From: Dehalococcoidia bacterium
Lineage (GTDB): Bacteria; Chloroflexota; Dehalococcoidia; SM23-28-2; RBG-16-64-32
Direction: 5' to 3'
Assembly: GCA_963665775.2 (NCBI GenBank)
Contig: CAXXTF010000002.1
Coordinates: 1,088,001 to 1,152,000, forward strand
Length of the DNA stretch: 64,000 nt
Part shown: in pieces, positions 20,056-29,669 of the stretch
Numbering within the stretch: the first letter of the stretch is position 1
Layout: the number at the start of each line of letters is the position of its first letter
Position numbers and translations under genes: made by a program
Notes under the pieces: model-generated
The model's input: the letters and a program-made list of their open reading frames with translations, nothing else
Database searches by the model: none
What the model was told of the DNA's origin: nothing

Positions 20056-20903
20056 CGTGGGTGTATCTGGACGGCGCCTACCTTCCCGCAAGGGATGCGA
20101 AGGTGGCCGCCAGCGACGCCGGGCTCCTCTACGGCCGCGGCCTGTTCGAGACGTTCCGGGCGCGGCGCGGGGCCGTCTACCGGCTGGAACACCACTTCCA
20201 GCGGCTACAGACGGGAGCGCAGGTCCTGGAGATCACGCTGCCGCTGGCGCTGGCGGAGCTGCGGGTCGCCGTGCGCGATCTCGCTGACCGATGCGGTCTG
20301 GAGGACGCCCGTGTGCGGCTGACGCTGACTGCCGGCCCTTCGACGGGGGTCATGCCAGGCCCCGAGGGCGGGCAGCCCTCGCTCCTCATGCAGGCGCGGG
20401 CACCCACAGAGTATCCGCCGGCGCTGTACGAGCGGGGCATGTCGGCGATTATGGTATCGGTCCGGCGCAACGAGACATCGCCCCTGAGCCGGGTGAAGTC
20501 GCTGAACTGTCTGGATAACCTGCTGGCCAGGGAGGAGGCTCAGCGCGCCGGCGCGACCACGGCCGTCCTGCTGAACACGCGCGGCAGGCTTGCGGAGGGC
20601 TGCACGGCCAACCTCTTCCTGATCCGGGACGGCGACTTACTGACGCCACCGGTAGAGGACGGCGCCCTGCCGGGCATCACCCGCGGCGCCGTGCTGGAGC
20701 TGGCCCGCGCGAACGGGATCAGCGCGCGAGAGGCCTCGCTGTCCCTGGATGACCTGCGAGAGGCCGAGGAGACGTTCCTCACCGGCGCCGTGATGGGGGT
20801 GATGCCCCTGGTGTCGGTGGACGCAGCGAAGGTGGGCTCCGGCCAGCCAGGGCCACTGACGGGCCGGCTCAGGGCGCTCTACGAGACGGCAGCGAGGGGT
20901 TGA
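20052..20903 (+). CDS. Class IV PLP enzyme, probable aminodeoxychorismate lyase
   Basis: YGRGLFETFR, KSLN, EGCTANLF and LPGITR; ATGA-coupled to pabB. Confidence 0.85.
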   Translation: MTWVYLDGAYLPARDAKVAASDAGLLYGRGLFETFRARRGAVYRLEHHFQRLQTGAQVLEITLPLALAELRVAVRDLADRCGLEDARVRLTLTAGPSTGVMPGPEGGQPSLLMQARAPTEYPPALYERGMSAIMVSVRRNETSPLSRVKSLNCLDNLLAREEAQRAGATTAVLLNTRGRLAEGCTANLFLIRDGDLLTPPVEDGALPGITRGAVLELARANGISAREASLSLDDLREAEETFLTGAVMGVMPLVSVDAAKVGSGQPGPLTGRLRALYETAARG

Positions 20904-21868
20904 TCGTGCCAGACGAACATACACTCCTGCCATCCGATCTCGCGAGCCTCCCAAAGGCCGAGGTGCATATTCATCTCGAGGGCGCTGTGCGCCCAGCAAC
21001 GCTCGAAGAGTTCTGCACCCGCACTGGCCTGAGTGTTCCCAGATCGTTCACAGACCTGGATAGCTTCGTTCACCTTTATGAAACCGCTTGGCAGGCGATG
21101 GCCTCGCCGGGGGACTATGCCCGCCTCGTGCGCGAGTATTGCCAAGACGCCGCCCGCGCTGGCGTGCGGTACGCCGAACTTGAGTTGACGCCCACCGGCC
21201 GGACGTTCGACTGCCTTCAGGAAGCTGTCGAGGCGGCGGCACGGCAGCGCGACGTGTCTGTTCGATTCATCGTCGAGGTATCACGCCACCTTCCGGTCGA
21301 CGACGGCTGGGAGATACTGGAGACAGCAAAGGACACACCGGAGGTCATTGGTGTCGGGCTGGGCGGCCGGGAGGATGGCTTCCCGCCAGATACCTTCCGC
21401 GATTTGTTTGCAGAAGCACGTCGTCGCGGCCTCCATGTCGTGCCCCATGCGGGGGAAGACGCTGGCCCAGAATCGATCCGTGAGGCACTGTCAGCCCTAC
21501 AGGCAGAGCGTATTCAACACGGCGTTCGGGCTGTCGACGACCCGGTGCTTGTCACAGAACTCGCCTCACGCCACATCCCGCTGGCGGTCTGTCCCACATC
21601 CAACTTGCGGCTCGGCGTAGTGCCCTCGCTCGACGAGCACCCTCTGCCGCAGCTTTGGGACGCAGGAGCCCTGGTATCCGTCAACACCGATGACCCAGGC
21701 TTATTCGGCTGCGATCTGGTCGATGAATATGCGATCGCCGGTCGCTTGCTCCATCTCGATCGCCAGGGCTATGCCCAGCTAGCGCTGAACTCAGTCGAGA
21801 GCTCCTTTGCGCCAGACACGCTGAAGGCGGAGATGATAGTCGCCATCGACGACTGGGCAAACCGGTGA
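20900..21868 (+). CDS. add: Adenosine/adenine deaminase
   Basis: PKAEVHIHLEG, HAGE, ERIQHG, CPTSN and NTDDP motifs. Confidence 0.9.
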   Translation: MIVPDEHTLLPSDLASLPKAEVHIHLEGAVRPATLEEFCTRTGLSVPRSFTDLDSFVHLYETAWQAMASPGDYARLVREYCQDAARAGVRYAELELTPTGRTFDCLQEAVEAAARQRDVSVRFIVEVSRHLPVDDGWEILETAKDTPEVIGVGLGGREDGFPPDTFRDLFAEARRRGLHVVPHAGEDAGPESIREALSALQAERIQHGVRAVDDPVLVTELASRHIPLAVCPTSNLRLGVVPSLDEHPLPQLWDAGALVSVNTDDPGLFGCDLVDEYAIAGRLLHLDRQGYAQLALNSVESSFAPDTLKAEMIVAIDDWANR

Positions 21869-21875
21869 GCCGCTC

Positions 21876-22466
21876 CTATTCCTCACCCGCTCTCGCTCGC
21901 CCGAAGTAGCTCAGGGCCAGGCGCACCTTCTCCTCCACCGGAGCGTCCGGCGGCAGGTCGCTCTTGGCCACGGCCTCCAGCGCCTCGGCCTGGGAGTAGC
22001 CGAGGCCGATGAGAGCGGAGACGACCTCGGACTCCTCGCCGGGTAGGGCCGTCGGCACCCCTGAGACCAGCTTGTCGCGGAGATCGAGGACGATGCGGCC
22101 GGCCAGCTTCTGACCGACGCCCGACGCTCGGGCCAGGGCAGCGGTGTTGCCGGAGGCGATTGCATAGGAGAGCTCATCGACGGTCATGACAGAGAGTAGA
22201 GCCAGGGCGGCCTTGGGACCGACGCCGTTGACGCCCACGAGGGCCTGAAAGAGCCGCTGCTCGTCGGCTGAGGAGAAGCCGTAGAGGGTCATGCCGTCCT
22301 CGCGGACGACCAGGTGGGTGTGTAGAGTGACCTCGGCGCCGCTGCGGGCGTGGGCGAGGGTGCCGCTGGGACCGTAGACGAGGAAGCCGACACCGCCGAC
22401 ATCGACGATAATCCAGTCGGGCCCGCGCTCGATGACGGCGCCTCTGAGGCGGGCGATGGGGCTCAT
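21876..22466 (-). CDS. ruvA: Holliday junction branch migration protein RuvA
   Basis: VGGVGF, VVRED, LYGF, GVGPKAA and ALIGLGY motifs. Confidence 0.95.
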   Translation of the reverse strand: MSPIARLRGAVIERGPDWIIVDVGGVGFLVYGPSGTLAHARSGAEVTLHTHLVVREDGMTLYGFSSADEQRLFQALVGVNGVGPKAALALLSVMTVDELSYAIASGNTAALARASGVGQKLAGRIVLDLRDKLVSGVPTALPGEESEVVSALIGLGYSQAEALEAVAKSDLPPDAPVEEKVRLALSYFGRARAGEE

Positions 22467-22468
22467 GG

Positions 22469-22972
22469 CTACACCTCGACGAGGTTAGCGCGGCGGCGCA
22501 GGCAGTGGCAGAGGGCGACGGCCAGGGCGTCGGCGGCATCGGGCGGCTCGGGCGTCTCCTGGAAGTCGAGGAGGGCTCGCACCATCGCCTGGACCTGCTC
22601 CTTGCTGCCGCGGCCGTAGGAGGTGACGAACTGCTTCACCTCCAGGGGCTTATACAGGGAGACGGGGAGACCAGCCTCAGCGGCGGCCAGGAGGGCCATC
22701 GCGCGTGCCTCGCCAACGGCGACGGCGGCGCGGACATGGCCGACGATGAAGTCCTCAACCGCCACCTCGTCCGGCTTCCAGGCGCGGATGACGCCGGCAA
22801 GCGCCTCGTGTATGCGATGAAGCCGCTGCTCGCGGGGAAGACGGGCGCTGGTGCTGACGGCGCCGAACTCCAGGGAGCGCTGGGAGCCGCCCTGAGTGAG
22901 GACGAGCCCATAGCCGGTGACGGCGAGGCCGGGGTCGACCCCCAGAACGGTGAGCCCGCGCTGGTCTGACAC
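22469..22972 (-). CDS. ruvC: Crossover junction endodeoxyribonuclease RuvC
   Basis: LGVDPG, VAVE, KEQVQAMV and DAADALAVA motifs. Confidence 0.95.
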   Translation of the reverse strand: MSDQRGLTVLGVDPGLAVTGYGLVLTQGGSQRSLEFGAVSTSARLPREQRLHRIHEALAGVIRAWKPDEVAVEDFIVGHVRAAVAVGEARAMALLAAAEAGLPVSLYKPLEVKQFVTSYGRGSKEQVQAMVRALLDFQETPEPPDAADALAVALCHCLRRRANLVEV

Positions 22973-22986
22973 GGGCAGCAGGCCCG

Positions 22987-23742
22987 CTAGCGGGCGGCGT
23001 ACTCCATGAGGACCGCTTCCGGAAAGTCGGCGTTAGAGTACACCTTCTGGACGTCGTCCAGCTCTTCGATCTGGTCCAGCAGCCTAAGCGCCTGGGCGGC
23101 CGCCTGCTCGTCCAAGGTCACCGTGGTCTTGGCAAGTTGGGAAAGCTCAGCGGAGGTCGCGGCAAGACCAGCCTCCTGGAGCTGGCGGCGCACCTTATCT
23201 AGCTCCGTCGGGGGGGTGTACACCTCGACGAGATCCCCCTCGACGTGAACGTCCTCGGCGCCGGCATCGATGGCCGCGAGAGCGATCTCTTCCGGGTCTG
23301 CCTCGTCGGCCACCTCCAGGGCGATCACGCCTTTGCTCTCGAACTGCCAGGCCACGCTGCCGGACTCGCCCAGATTGCCGCCGCCGCGATTTAGCGTGGT
23401 GCGGAGCTCGGAGACGGTGCGGTTTCGGTTGTCCGTGAAGACCTGGACGAGGATGGCGACACCGCCGGGGCCGTATCCCTCGAAGGTAATCTCCTGGAGA
23501 GCGGCGCCCTCGCCCCCACCCACACCACGCTCGACGGCGCGCTTGATCGTGTCGGCGGGCATATTGCTCTCGCGTCCCTTGTCGATGGCGAGGCGGAGGC
23601 GCGGGTTCATGGCGGGGTCGCCACCGCCCTCACGGGCGGCGACGGAGATCTCGCGGGAGAGCTTGGTGAAGAGCGTGCCGCGCTTGACATCGGAGGCACC
23701 CTTCTGCCGCTTGATCTGGGACCAGTGAGAGTGTCCGCCCAT
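22987..23742 (-). CDS. yebC: YebC/PmpR family protein
   Basis: GHSHWSQIK, EGYGPGG, TDNRNRT and DDVQKVYSN motifs. Confidence 0.95.
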   Translation of the reverse strand: MGGHSHWSQIKRQKGASDVKRGTLFTKLSREISVAAREGGGDPAMNPRLRLAIDKGRESNMPADTIKRAVERGVGGGEGAALQEITFEGYGPGGVAILVQVFTDNRNRTVSELRTTLNRGGGNLGESGSVAWQFESKGVIALEVADEADPEEIALAAIDAGAEDVHVEGDLVEVYTPPTELDKVRRQLQEAGLAATSAELSQLAKTTVTLDEQAAAQALRLLDQIEELDDVQKVYSNADFPEAVLMEYAAR

Positions 23743-23906
23743 GGTTTCGCAGGTATCTTACCGCGAGGCGAGAGGGCGGGTCAAAGCGGAAGAGGCGACG
23801 CGGGCCGGGACGAGGTGCGCGGTTACACGGGGCGGTATATCATTGAGCGAGCCGCCCAGCCTCATCGAGGCGCTACACCTAAGCGGTAAGCTGAGGGGTA
23901 AGCGAC

Positions 23907-24383
23907 ATGATCACGTTTGACGAGGGCAAGGCGAGGTTCAACTACCGCGTGGTGGGGATCGCCCTGGATGGCAGCCGGGTGCTGCTGCACAGAGCGGACT
24001 GGGAAAGGTTCTGGTATCTGCCGGGAGGTCGAGGAGAGCTGCTGGAGCCCGCCCGAGAGACGCTAAAGAGGGAGATGCGCGAGGAGCTAGGCGTGGAGAT
24101 CGAGGTCGGGCGGCTGGTGTGGGTGGCCGAAAACTTCTTCGAGCATGAAGAGAAGTCCTACCACGAGCTGGGTTTCTACTTCCTGATGACGCTTCCGGAC
24201 GGCTCAGGTCTCCGCCGGAAGGATGAGTTCGTGGGGGACGAAGAGGGCGTCAAGCTGATCTTCAAGTGGTTTCCGATCGATGAACTCGAAGGTGTCCCGC
24301 TCTATCCCGCGTTCTTGCGAGAGGGGCTCAGGTCGATCCCTCAAAGCACAGAACACGTGGTGTACACAGATGTCATCAAGTGA
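23907..24383 (+). CDS. NUDIX hydrolase
   Basis: Nudix box GGRGELLEPARETLKREMREELG. Confidence 0.9.
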   Translation: MITFDEGKARFNYRVVGIALDGSRVLLHRADWERFWYLPGGRGELLEPARETLKREMREELGVEIEVGRLVWVAENFFEHEEKSYHELGFYFLMTLPDGSGLRRKDEFVGDEEGVKLIFKWFPIDELEGVPLYPAFLREGLRSIPQSTEHVVYTDVIK

Positions 24384-24411
24384 CTTCGCTGGCTCGGCCT
24401 AAGCTCAAACC

Positions 24412-25254
24412 CTAGTCTGAGGCCAGACTCACGTTATCGATAAGCCGGGTGCCACCGATCCGCACCGCCAGCGACACCAGGGCCGTGCGGTCAACAACCG
24501 CCAGCTCCGCCAACGAATCGGAGTCGGCCACGCTGACGTAGTCGACCTGAGCCAGGGACTCCTGGGCCAGCACCTCGGCCACCGCCCGGCGCAGCCCTTC
24601 GGCGTCGCGCTCGCCCGCCCCGAACCGCTCCTCCGCCCGGCGGAGGGAGCGCCAGAGCACCATGGCCGCCCGTCGCTCCTCGGTCGAGAGGTTGACGTTA
24701 CGGCTGGACATGGCCAGTCCGTCGGGCTCCCGCAGCGTGGGGCAGGGCACGATCTCCAGCGGCAGGCCCAGATCGCGGACCATACGGCTGATGACCCGAA
24801 GCTGCTGGGCGTCCTTCTGGCCGAAGTAGGCGCGGTGGGGCCGCACGATGCGGAAGAGCCGGGCGACGACGGTCGTGACGCCGCGGAAGTGGCCGGGGCG
24901 TGAGGCCCCCTCCAGACGGTCGACCAGGGGCCCGCTCACCTCCACCCAGTCCTCGAAGCCGGGCGGATACATCTCTTCGACAGAAGGCATGAAGAGCACG
25001 TCCACGCTCTCGCCCTCCAGGAGGCGGAGGTCACGCTCCGGGTCACGGGGGTAGCGGTCGAAGTCCTCGCCGGGACGAAACTGGGTGGGGTTCACGAAGA
25101 TGCTGACGATGATCTGGTCGCTCTCGGCCCGGGCGCGCCGGACAAGGGAGAGGTGACCTTCGTGAAGGTAGCCCATAGTCGGCACCAAGCCAACGCTGCC
25201 CGCCATGCGGGCCCGCTGGGCCTCCATCTGGGCGACGGTCTCAACGACGTTCAT
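24412..25254 (-). CDS. panC: Pantoate--beta-alanine ligase
   Basis: PTMGYLHEGH, FGQKDAQQ, AMSSRN and RLIDN motifs. Confidence 0.97.
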   Translation of the reverse strand: MNVVETVAQMEAQRARMAGSVGLVPTMGYLHEGHLSLVRRARAESDQIIVSIFVNPTQFRPGEDFDRYPRDPERDLRLLEGESVDVLFMPSVEEMYPPGFEDWVEVSGPLVDRLEGASRPGHFRGVTTVVARLFRIVRPHRAYFGQKDAQQLRVISRMVRDLGLPLEIVPCPTLREPDGLAMSSRNVNLSTEERRAAMVLWRSLRRAEERFGAGERDAEGLRRAVAEVLAQESLAQVDYVSVADSDSLAELAVVDRTALVSLAVRIGGTRLIDNVSLASD

Positions 25255-25271
25255 GTTGGGGCGGGAAAACG

Positions 25272-25298
25272 TATCGCCCCGAGATCGTCGGGGCGATA
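25272..25298 (-). terminator. Perfect 11-bp hairpin between panB and panC
   Basis: tatcgccccga-N5-tcggggcgata, followed on the minus strand by cgtttt. Confidence 0.55.
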
Positions 25299-25322
25299 AC
25301 GAGAAACACCTCGCTATGCTCG

Positions 25323-26165
25323 CTAGGCCAGGTGAGGCACCTCAGAGAACACCGACTCTTCCATGATGAAGCTCTCAAGATCGGTGGGGAAGCGACCGTC
25401 CTTCACCTCGGAAGTGTACTGGCGGACAGCGTCGACGACGGAATCGGCGAGGTGAGCGTAGCGCTTGGCGTGCTTGGGCATGAAATCAGCGATCAAGCCC
25501 AGCATGTCGTGGAGCACCTGCACCTGGCCGTCACAGTCGGGCCCGGCGCCGATGCCGATAGTGGGAACGCTGACCCGCTCCGTGATGGCCTTGGCCAGCT
25601 GAGTAGGGACGGTCTCCAACACGATGGCGTAGACGCCCGCCTGTTCCAGGGCAACGGCATCGTTCACGATCTTGACAGCGGCGGCGGGGGTCTTCCCCTG
25701 CACCTTGTAGCCGCCGAACTGATTGATGGACTGTGGGGTCAGCCCCAGGTGGCCCATAACTGGAATGCCTGCCTCCACCAGACAGCAGACCGCATCGGCG
25801 ACGCGCCGGCCGCCCTCCAGCTTCACGGATTGAGCGCCGCCCTCCTTCAGCATACGGCCGGCGTTGTGCAGAGCCTCCTGCGGACCGGCCTGATAGCTCA
25901 TGAACGGCATGTCCGCCACCACATGGGCGCCACGGGTGCCCCGCACGACAGGCTTCACGTGGTGAAGCATCTCGTCCATCGTCACGGGGATGGTGGAGTC
26001 GTAGCCGAGCACGACCATGCCGAGGCTATCGCCGACGAGAATGAGCGGTACGCCGGCCTCCTCCACAAGACGAGCGGAGGGATAGTCGTAAGCGGTCAGC
26101 ATGACGATCTTCTCGCCACGCTTCTTCATCGCCTTGAGGTCGGTTACTGATACGCGCCGGTCCAT
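25323..26165 (-). CDS. panB: 3-methyl-2-oxobutanoate hydroxymethyltransferase
   Basis: LTAYD, LVGDSLG, KLEGG, GHLGLTPQ and GQVQVLHD motifs. Confidence 0.97.
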   Translation of the reverse strand: MDRRVSVTDLKAMKKRGEKIVMLTAYDYPSARLVEEAGVPLILVGDSLGMVVLGYDSTIPVTMDEMLHHVKPVVRGTRGAHVVADMPFMSYQAGPQEALHNAGRMLKEGGAQSVKLEGGRRVADAVCCLVEAGIPVMGHLGLTPQSINQFGGYKVQGKTPAAAVKIVNDAVALEQAGVYAIVLETVPTQLAKAITERVSVPTIGIGAGPDCDGQVQVLHDMLGLIADFMPKHAKRYAHLADSVVDAVRQYTSEVKDGRFPTDLESFIMEESVFSEVPHLA

Positions 26166-26178
26166 GTGGGATCACCCC

Positions 26179-26553
26179 TTATACAGCTAGGGCCACTTCC
26201 TCGGCTACCCGCACGACGCGGTTATCCTTGTCCACGTAGACGAGCTTCGGCCGGTGGGAGCGGGCTTCCTCTTCCTGGAACTGACCGTAAGTGAGAACGA
26301 TCACCAGGTCACCGGCATGGACGAGGCGGGCGGCGGCGCCGTTGAGCACAACCTCTCCGGCCCCGGGTGTCCCCTCTATGGCGTAGGTGGTCAGGCGAGC
26401 GCCGTTGTTTATGTCGAGTACGTGCACTTGCTCGTAGGGGATGATGTCGGCCGCCTCCATGAGGACGGGGTCCAGAGTGATGGAGCCCTCGTAATCGATG
26501 TCGGCCCCCGTGACGGTAGCCCTATGTATCTTGCTCTTGAGCATCGTCCGCAT
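26179..26553 (-). CDS. panD: Aspartate 1-decarboxylase
   Basis: KSKIHRATVT, YEGSIT cleavage site and LNGAAAR. Confidence 0.97.
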   Translation of the reverse strand: MRTMLKSKIHRATVTGADIDYEGSITLDPVLMEAADIIPYEQVHVLDINNGARLTTYAIEGTPGAGEVVLNGAAARLVHAGDLVIVLTYGQFQEEEARSHRPKLVYVDKDNRVVRVAEEVALAV

Positions 26554-26581
26554 CTATCTCACCTCAGTCCCTCAGGCACCT

Positions 26582-26708
26582 AAAATGCCCTCCCGGTGGC
26601 AACCGAGAGGGCACACATGTTTCGCCTCTATGTGCCGTCTCGGTCGGGTTTCCGATCCAAGCGGGTGCAACTATTCTTCGTGGCTCGCTGCCCACATGGG
26701 TCAGCGGC
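26582..26708 (-). promoter_or_regulatory. Structured pan leader (pan RNA motif-like hairpin plus terminator)
   Basis: Hairpin ccgcttggatcgg-aaac-ccgaccgagacgg with bulged As (about 26634-26666), then terminator gtgccctctcggt...accgggagggcatttt (26582-26614). Confidence 0.65.
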
Positions 26709-26714
26709 AGGCCG

Positions 26715-26744
26715 ATTATAGCAGGCACATAGACAGCGGGTCAA
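26715..26744 (-). promoter_or_regulatory. Sigma70-type promoter of the pan operon
   Basis: TTGACC-N18-TATAAT. Confidence 0.7.
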
Positions 26745-26816
26745 GTACACGAAGACCGAGAACCCAGTTGCCCACACTGAAGAAACTAAAGAAAGAGTCA
26801 CAGCAAACACACCCCC

Positions 26817-27803
26817 CTAGGACGCTGACTGCAGCCACTCCCTCGCCGAGGGCACCCCGGCCAGACCTGTCGCCTGCGTCACCCCTCGCACGATGGCCCG
26901 CTCGACGGCGCGGGCCGCCAAGGCGCCCAGCTGCAGGATGTCCGTCTCGGCGTTCGTGCTGCCGGTGGCCAGAGCGAAGATCGTGTCGCCGTCGACAGGG
27001 CTATGCGCGGGACGGACGGCGCGGGCGAGGCCGGTCTGGGCCATGACGGCGAGCCGGTAAGCCTCCTCCTTCGTAAGGGAAGCGTCTGTGGCGACCACGC
27101 CGATGGTGCTGTTGGGCTCTCGCGCGAAAGGGGAGCGAGGCGGCCGCGCCCGCAGCGCCGCCAGGGTGTCGGCGAAGGCACCGGCGGTCTCGCCACGGGG
27201 CCCAGCGACGACACGACCGCTGTCGGGCTCAACCACCTCGCCGAAGCTGTTGACGGCGACGATGGCGCCGACGGTGACACCTGAAGCCGTGCGCTCACAG
27301 GCGGTTCCGAGGCCGCCCTTGAGAATCCGCTCTCGACCGAGGGCCTTGGCCACCGTGGCCCCCGTGCCGGCACCGACGCAACCCTCATCGACAGCGCCAT
27401 CGCCGGCAGCCCGGCAGGCCGCGTAGCCGCTGTCGGCGTTCGGCCGTACGTCGGACCGGCCCAGCGACAGATCGATGAGCACAGCGCCCACGACTATCGG
27501 TACCACGCCCGCCGAGATGGGGAAGCCGTGGCCCCGCTCCTCCAGCCAGCGCATGATGCCGGCGGCGGCGTCCAGGCCATAGGCGCTGCCCCCCGTCAGG
27601 AGAACGGCGTGCACGCGCTCGACAAGTTGGCCCGGCCTCAGGAGGTCGGTCTCGCGGGTGCCGGGGGCGCCGCCGCGAACGTCGGCGGAGGCGACTGCGC
27701 CCTCCGGACAGAGGACGACAGTGCAGCCGGTAGCGGCCTCTGAATGGGTCCAATGGCCTACTTGAAGACCGGCTACAGCGGTTATCGCGTCAGGTTTGAT
27801 CAA
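26817..27803 (-). CDS. P1/S58 (DmpA-like) peptidase
   Basis: ITAVAGLQVGH, GGAPGTRETDLL, GGSAYGL, NSTIGVVAT and DGDTIFAL motifs. Confidence 0.9.
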   Translation of the reverse strand: MIKPDAITAVAGLQVGHWTHSEAATGCTVVLCPEGAVASADVRGGAPGTRETDLLRPGQLVERVHAVLLTGGSAYGLDAAAGIMRWLEERGHGFPISAGVVPIVVGAVLIDLSLGRSDVRPNADSGYAACRAAGDGAVDEGCVGAGTGATVAKALGRERILKGGLGTACERTASGVTVGAIVAVNSFGEVVEPDSGRVVAGPRGETAGAFADTLAALRARPPRSPFAREPNSTIGVVATDASLTKEEAYRLAVMAQTGLARAVRPAHSPVDGDTIFALATGSTNAETDILQLGALAARAVERAIVRGVTQATGLAGVPSAREWLQSAS

Positions 27804-27960
27804 GATGATGCATCCGATTGGGCACGCAGCACGTCTATAATAAATGATACTCTGAACTAGAGACCAAGCCTGGGGTAACGTATCCGTTGGTCCATTCGTT
27901 TATACTCAAGAGTTGGGCAGGCAGTAGCTTGCGCCGAAATCAGCGTTTATCGGAGGTTAG

Positions 27961-28728
27961 ATGAGGGGCATTCTGAGTAGGCGAGTACTGGTCTCATTGG
28001 GAGCAGTCGCGTTCGTCGTGGGGATAATCATGACGGCGGTGGGAGTGCTCAGCGTCCTCGACTCCCCCGACAAGAGCGCGGCAAACCTAAGCCTACCCTC
28101 TGCAGCGACAGCAACCGCGACAGCGGCACCCGATACGACGCCCACACCCGCGGCGACCCTATCGGCTACGGTAACAGATACGCCATCGCCCACACCAGAG
28201 CCGACGCCGCCCCTGGGAGAGACGCCGTTCCGTATGGTTATCGAGAGCATCGGCGTGGACGCGCCGGTCGAGACGTACGGGCTGGACGCTAACGCGATAC
28301 CCGAGGTGCCCACCGATTACAACAGCGACAACCCCGCTGGCATCGTCGCCTGGTACAGCTTTTCGGGAGAGCCGGGAACGGGCGATAACGCCGTATTCTC
28401 CGGCCACGTGACCTGGTTCGGAAAGGCCGTGTTCTGGGACCTCAACAAGCTGGAAATTGGCGACACCATCAAGCTAAAGGGTGAGAACGGGGCAGAGCTG
28501 GTATACGCCGTGTCCGACAGCTTTCTGGTGGACCCCACCGATCCTGAGGCTGTCAGGGTGATGGACCACGCAACAGAGGACATCATCACCCTAATCACCT
28601 GCGACGGTGCGTTTGTCGACACCGGTGACCCCGTCTTCGGCGGCGAGTACTCGGACCGACGCGTAATCCGCGCCGAGCTGATGAGCATCACCGGGCCGGA
28701 CACGCCGGCGGGGCCGTACGAGCCTTAA
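27961..28728 (+). CDS. Class F sortase
   Basis: N-terminal TM, Pro/Thr linker, AWY, GDNAVFSGHV, LITC and downstream Arg. Confidence 0.88.
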   Translation: MRGILSRRVLVSLGAVAFVVGIIMTAVGVLSVLDSPDKSAANLSLPSAATATATAAPDTTPTPAATLSATVTDTPSPTPEPTPPLGETPFRMVIESIGVDAPVETYGLDANAIPEVPTDYNSDNPAGIVAWYSFSGEPGTGDNAVFSGHVTWFGKAVFWDLNKLEIGDTIKLKGENGAELVYAVSDSFLVDPTDPEAVRVMDHATEDIITLITCDGAFVDTGDPVFGGEYSDRRVIRAELMSITGPDTPAGPYEP

Positions 28729-28798
28729 GGCGGCGGCTAGAATCCACTGAACTGCAACTCCTGCAGCTAGCCTTAATCCGCGCTCATCTGTAGCTGAT

Positions 28799-29614
28799 CT
28801 ATCGCTGACACCGGGGGCAGAAGTGGGTGCTGCGGCCGCCCACCTTGACGCGCCGGATGGGGGTGCCGCAGTCGTAGCAGGGCTGGCTCGTGCGTCGGAA
28901 GACCCGCACGTGCAGCTGATGCATGCCCTCCCTTCCGGCGCTGTCCACGTAGTCGCGAAAGCTGGAGCCGCGGTTGCCCATCGCCTCGACCAACACCTGC
29001 CGGATAGCGGCATGGAGACGGTCGCTCGCCTGCCTGGAGAGGCCGCGGGCGGCGCGCCTGGGGTTGATCCTGGCGACGAACAGGGCCTCGTCGGCATAGA
29101 TGTTGCCGATACCGGCGATCGCCGCCTGATCGAGGAGGACAGACTTCACGGGAGCCGAGCGCCGCAGCAGCGGGCGCAACTCCTGGGGTCCGAACTCCTC
29201 GCCCAGCGGTTCGGGGCCGAGCTTACCGACGACCATAGACTCGTCGTCCACCAGCCACATCATGCCCAACTTGCGCAGGTCCCGGTAGCAGAGCCAGCTA
29301 CCGTCATCCAGGCGGAAGCGAGCGCGCAGGTGCAGGTCAGCGGGGCAGCCGGAGCTGCTGTACTGGAGGGAGCCGGTCATGCGCAGGTGGACGACCCAGA
29401 CGAGGCCGCTGGCCAGGCGGAAGAGGAGGTACTTGCCACGGCGGGCCACGTCATCGATGCGCTGGCCGGACAGGACGCGGCAGAGCTCTTCCGGCGGCAG
29501 AAGCTGGACCAGCTTGGGGGCGTCCGGCGAGACCCTGGCCTCCACGATCGTGCGGCCCAGGATGAGGGGCATTAGGTCCCGCCGAATCGTCTCGACTTCG
29601 GGGAGCTCAGGCAT
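28799..29614 (-). CDS. mutM: Formamidopyrimidine-DNA glycosylase
   Basis: MPELPEVET, HLRMTG, GIGNIYADE and C-terminal zinc finger. Confidence 0.96.
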   Translation of the reverse strand: MPELPEVETIRRDLMPLILGRTIVEARVSPDAPKLVQLLPPEELCRVLSGQRIDDVARRGKYLLFRLASGLVWVVHLRMTGSLQYSSSGCPADLHLRARFRLDDGSWLCYRDLRKLGMMWLVDDESMVVGKLGPEPLGEEFGPQELRPLLRRSAPVKSVLLDQAAIAGIGNIYADEALFVARINPRRAARGLSRQASDRLHAAIRQVLVEAMGNRGSSFRDYVDSAGREGMHQLHVRVFRRTSQPCYDCGTPIRRVKVGGRSTHFCPRCQR

Positions 29615-29669
29615 CTACGCTTTTCGGGCGACGAAGTCGTCCTGCGCGTAGCCGCCGGAGGGGTCCACG

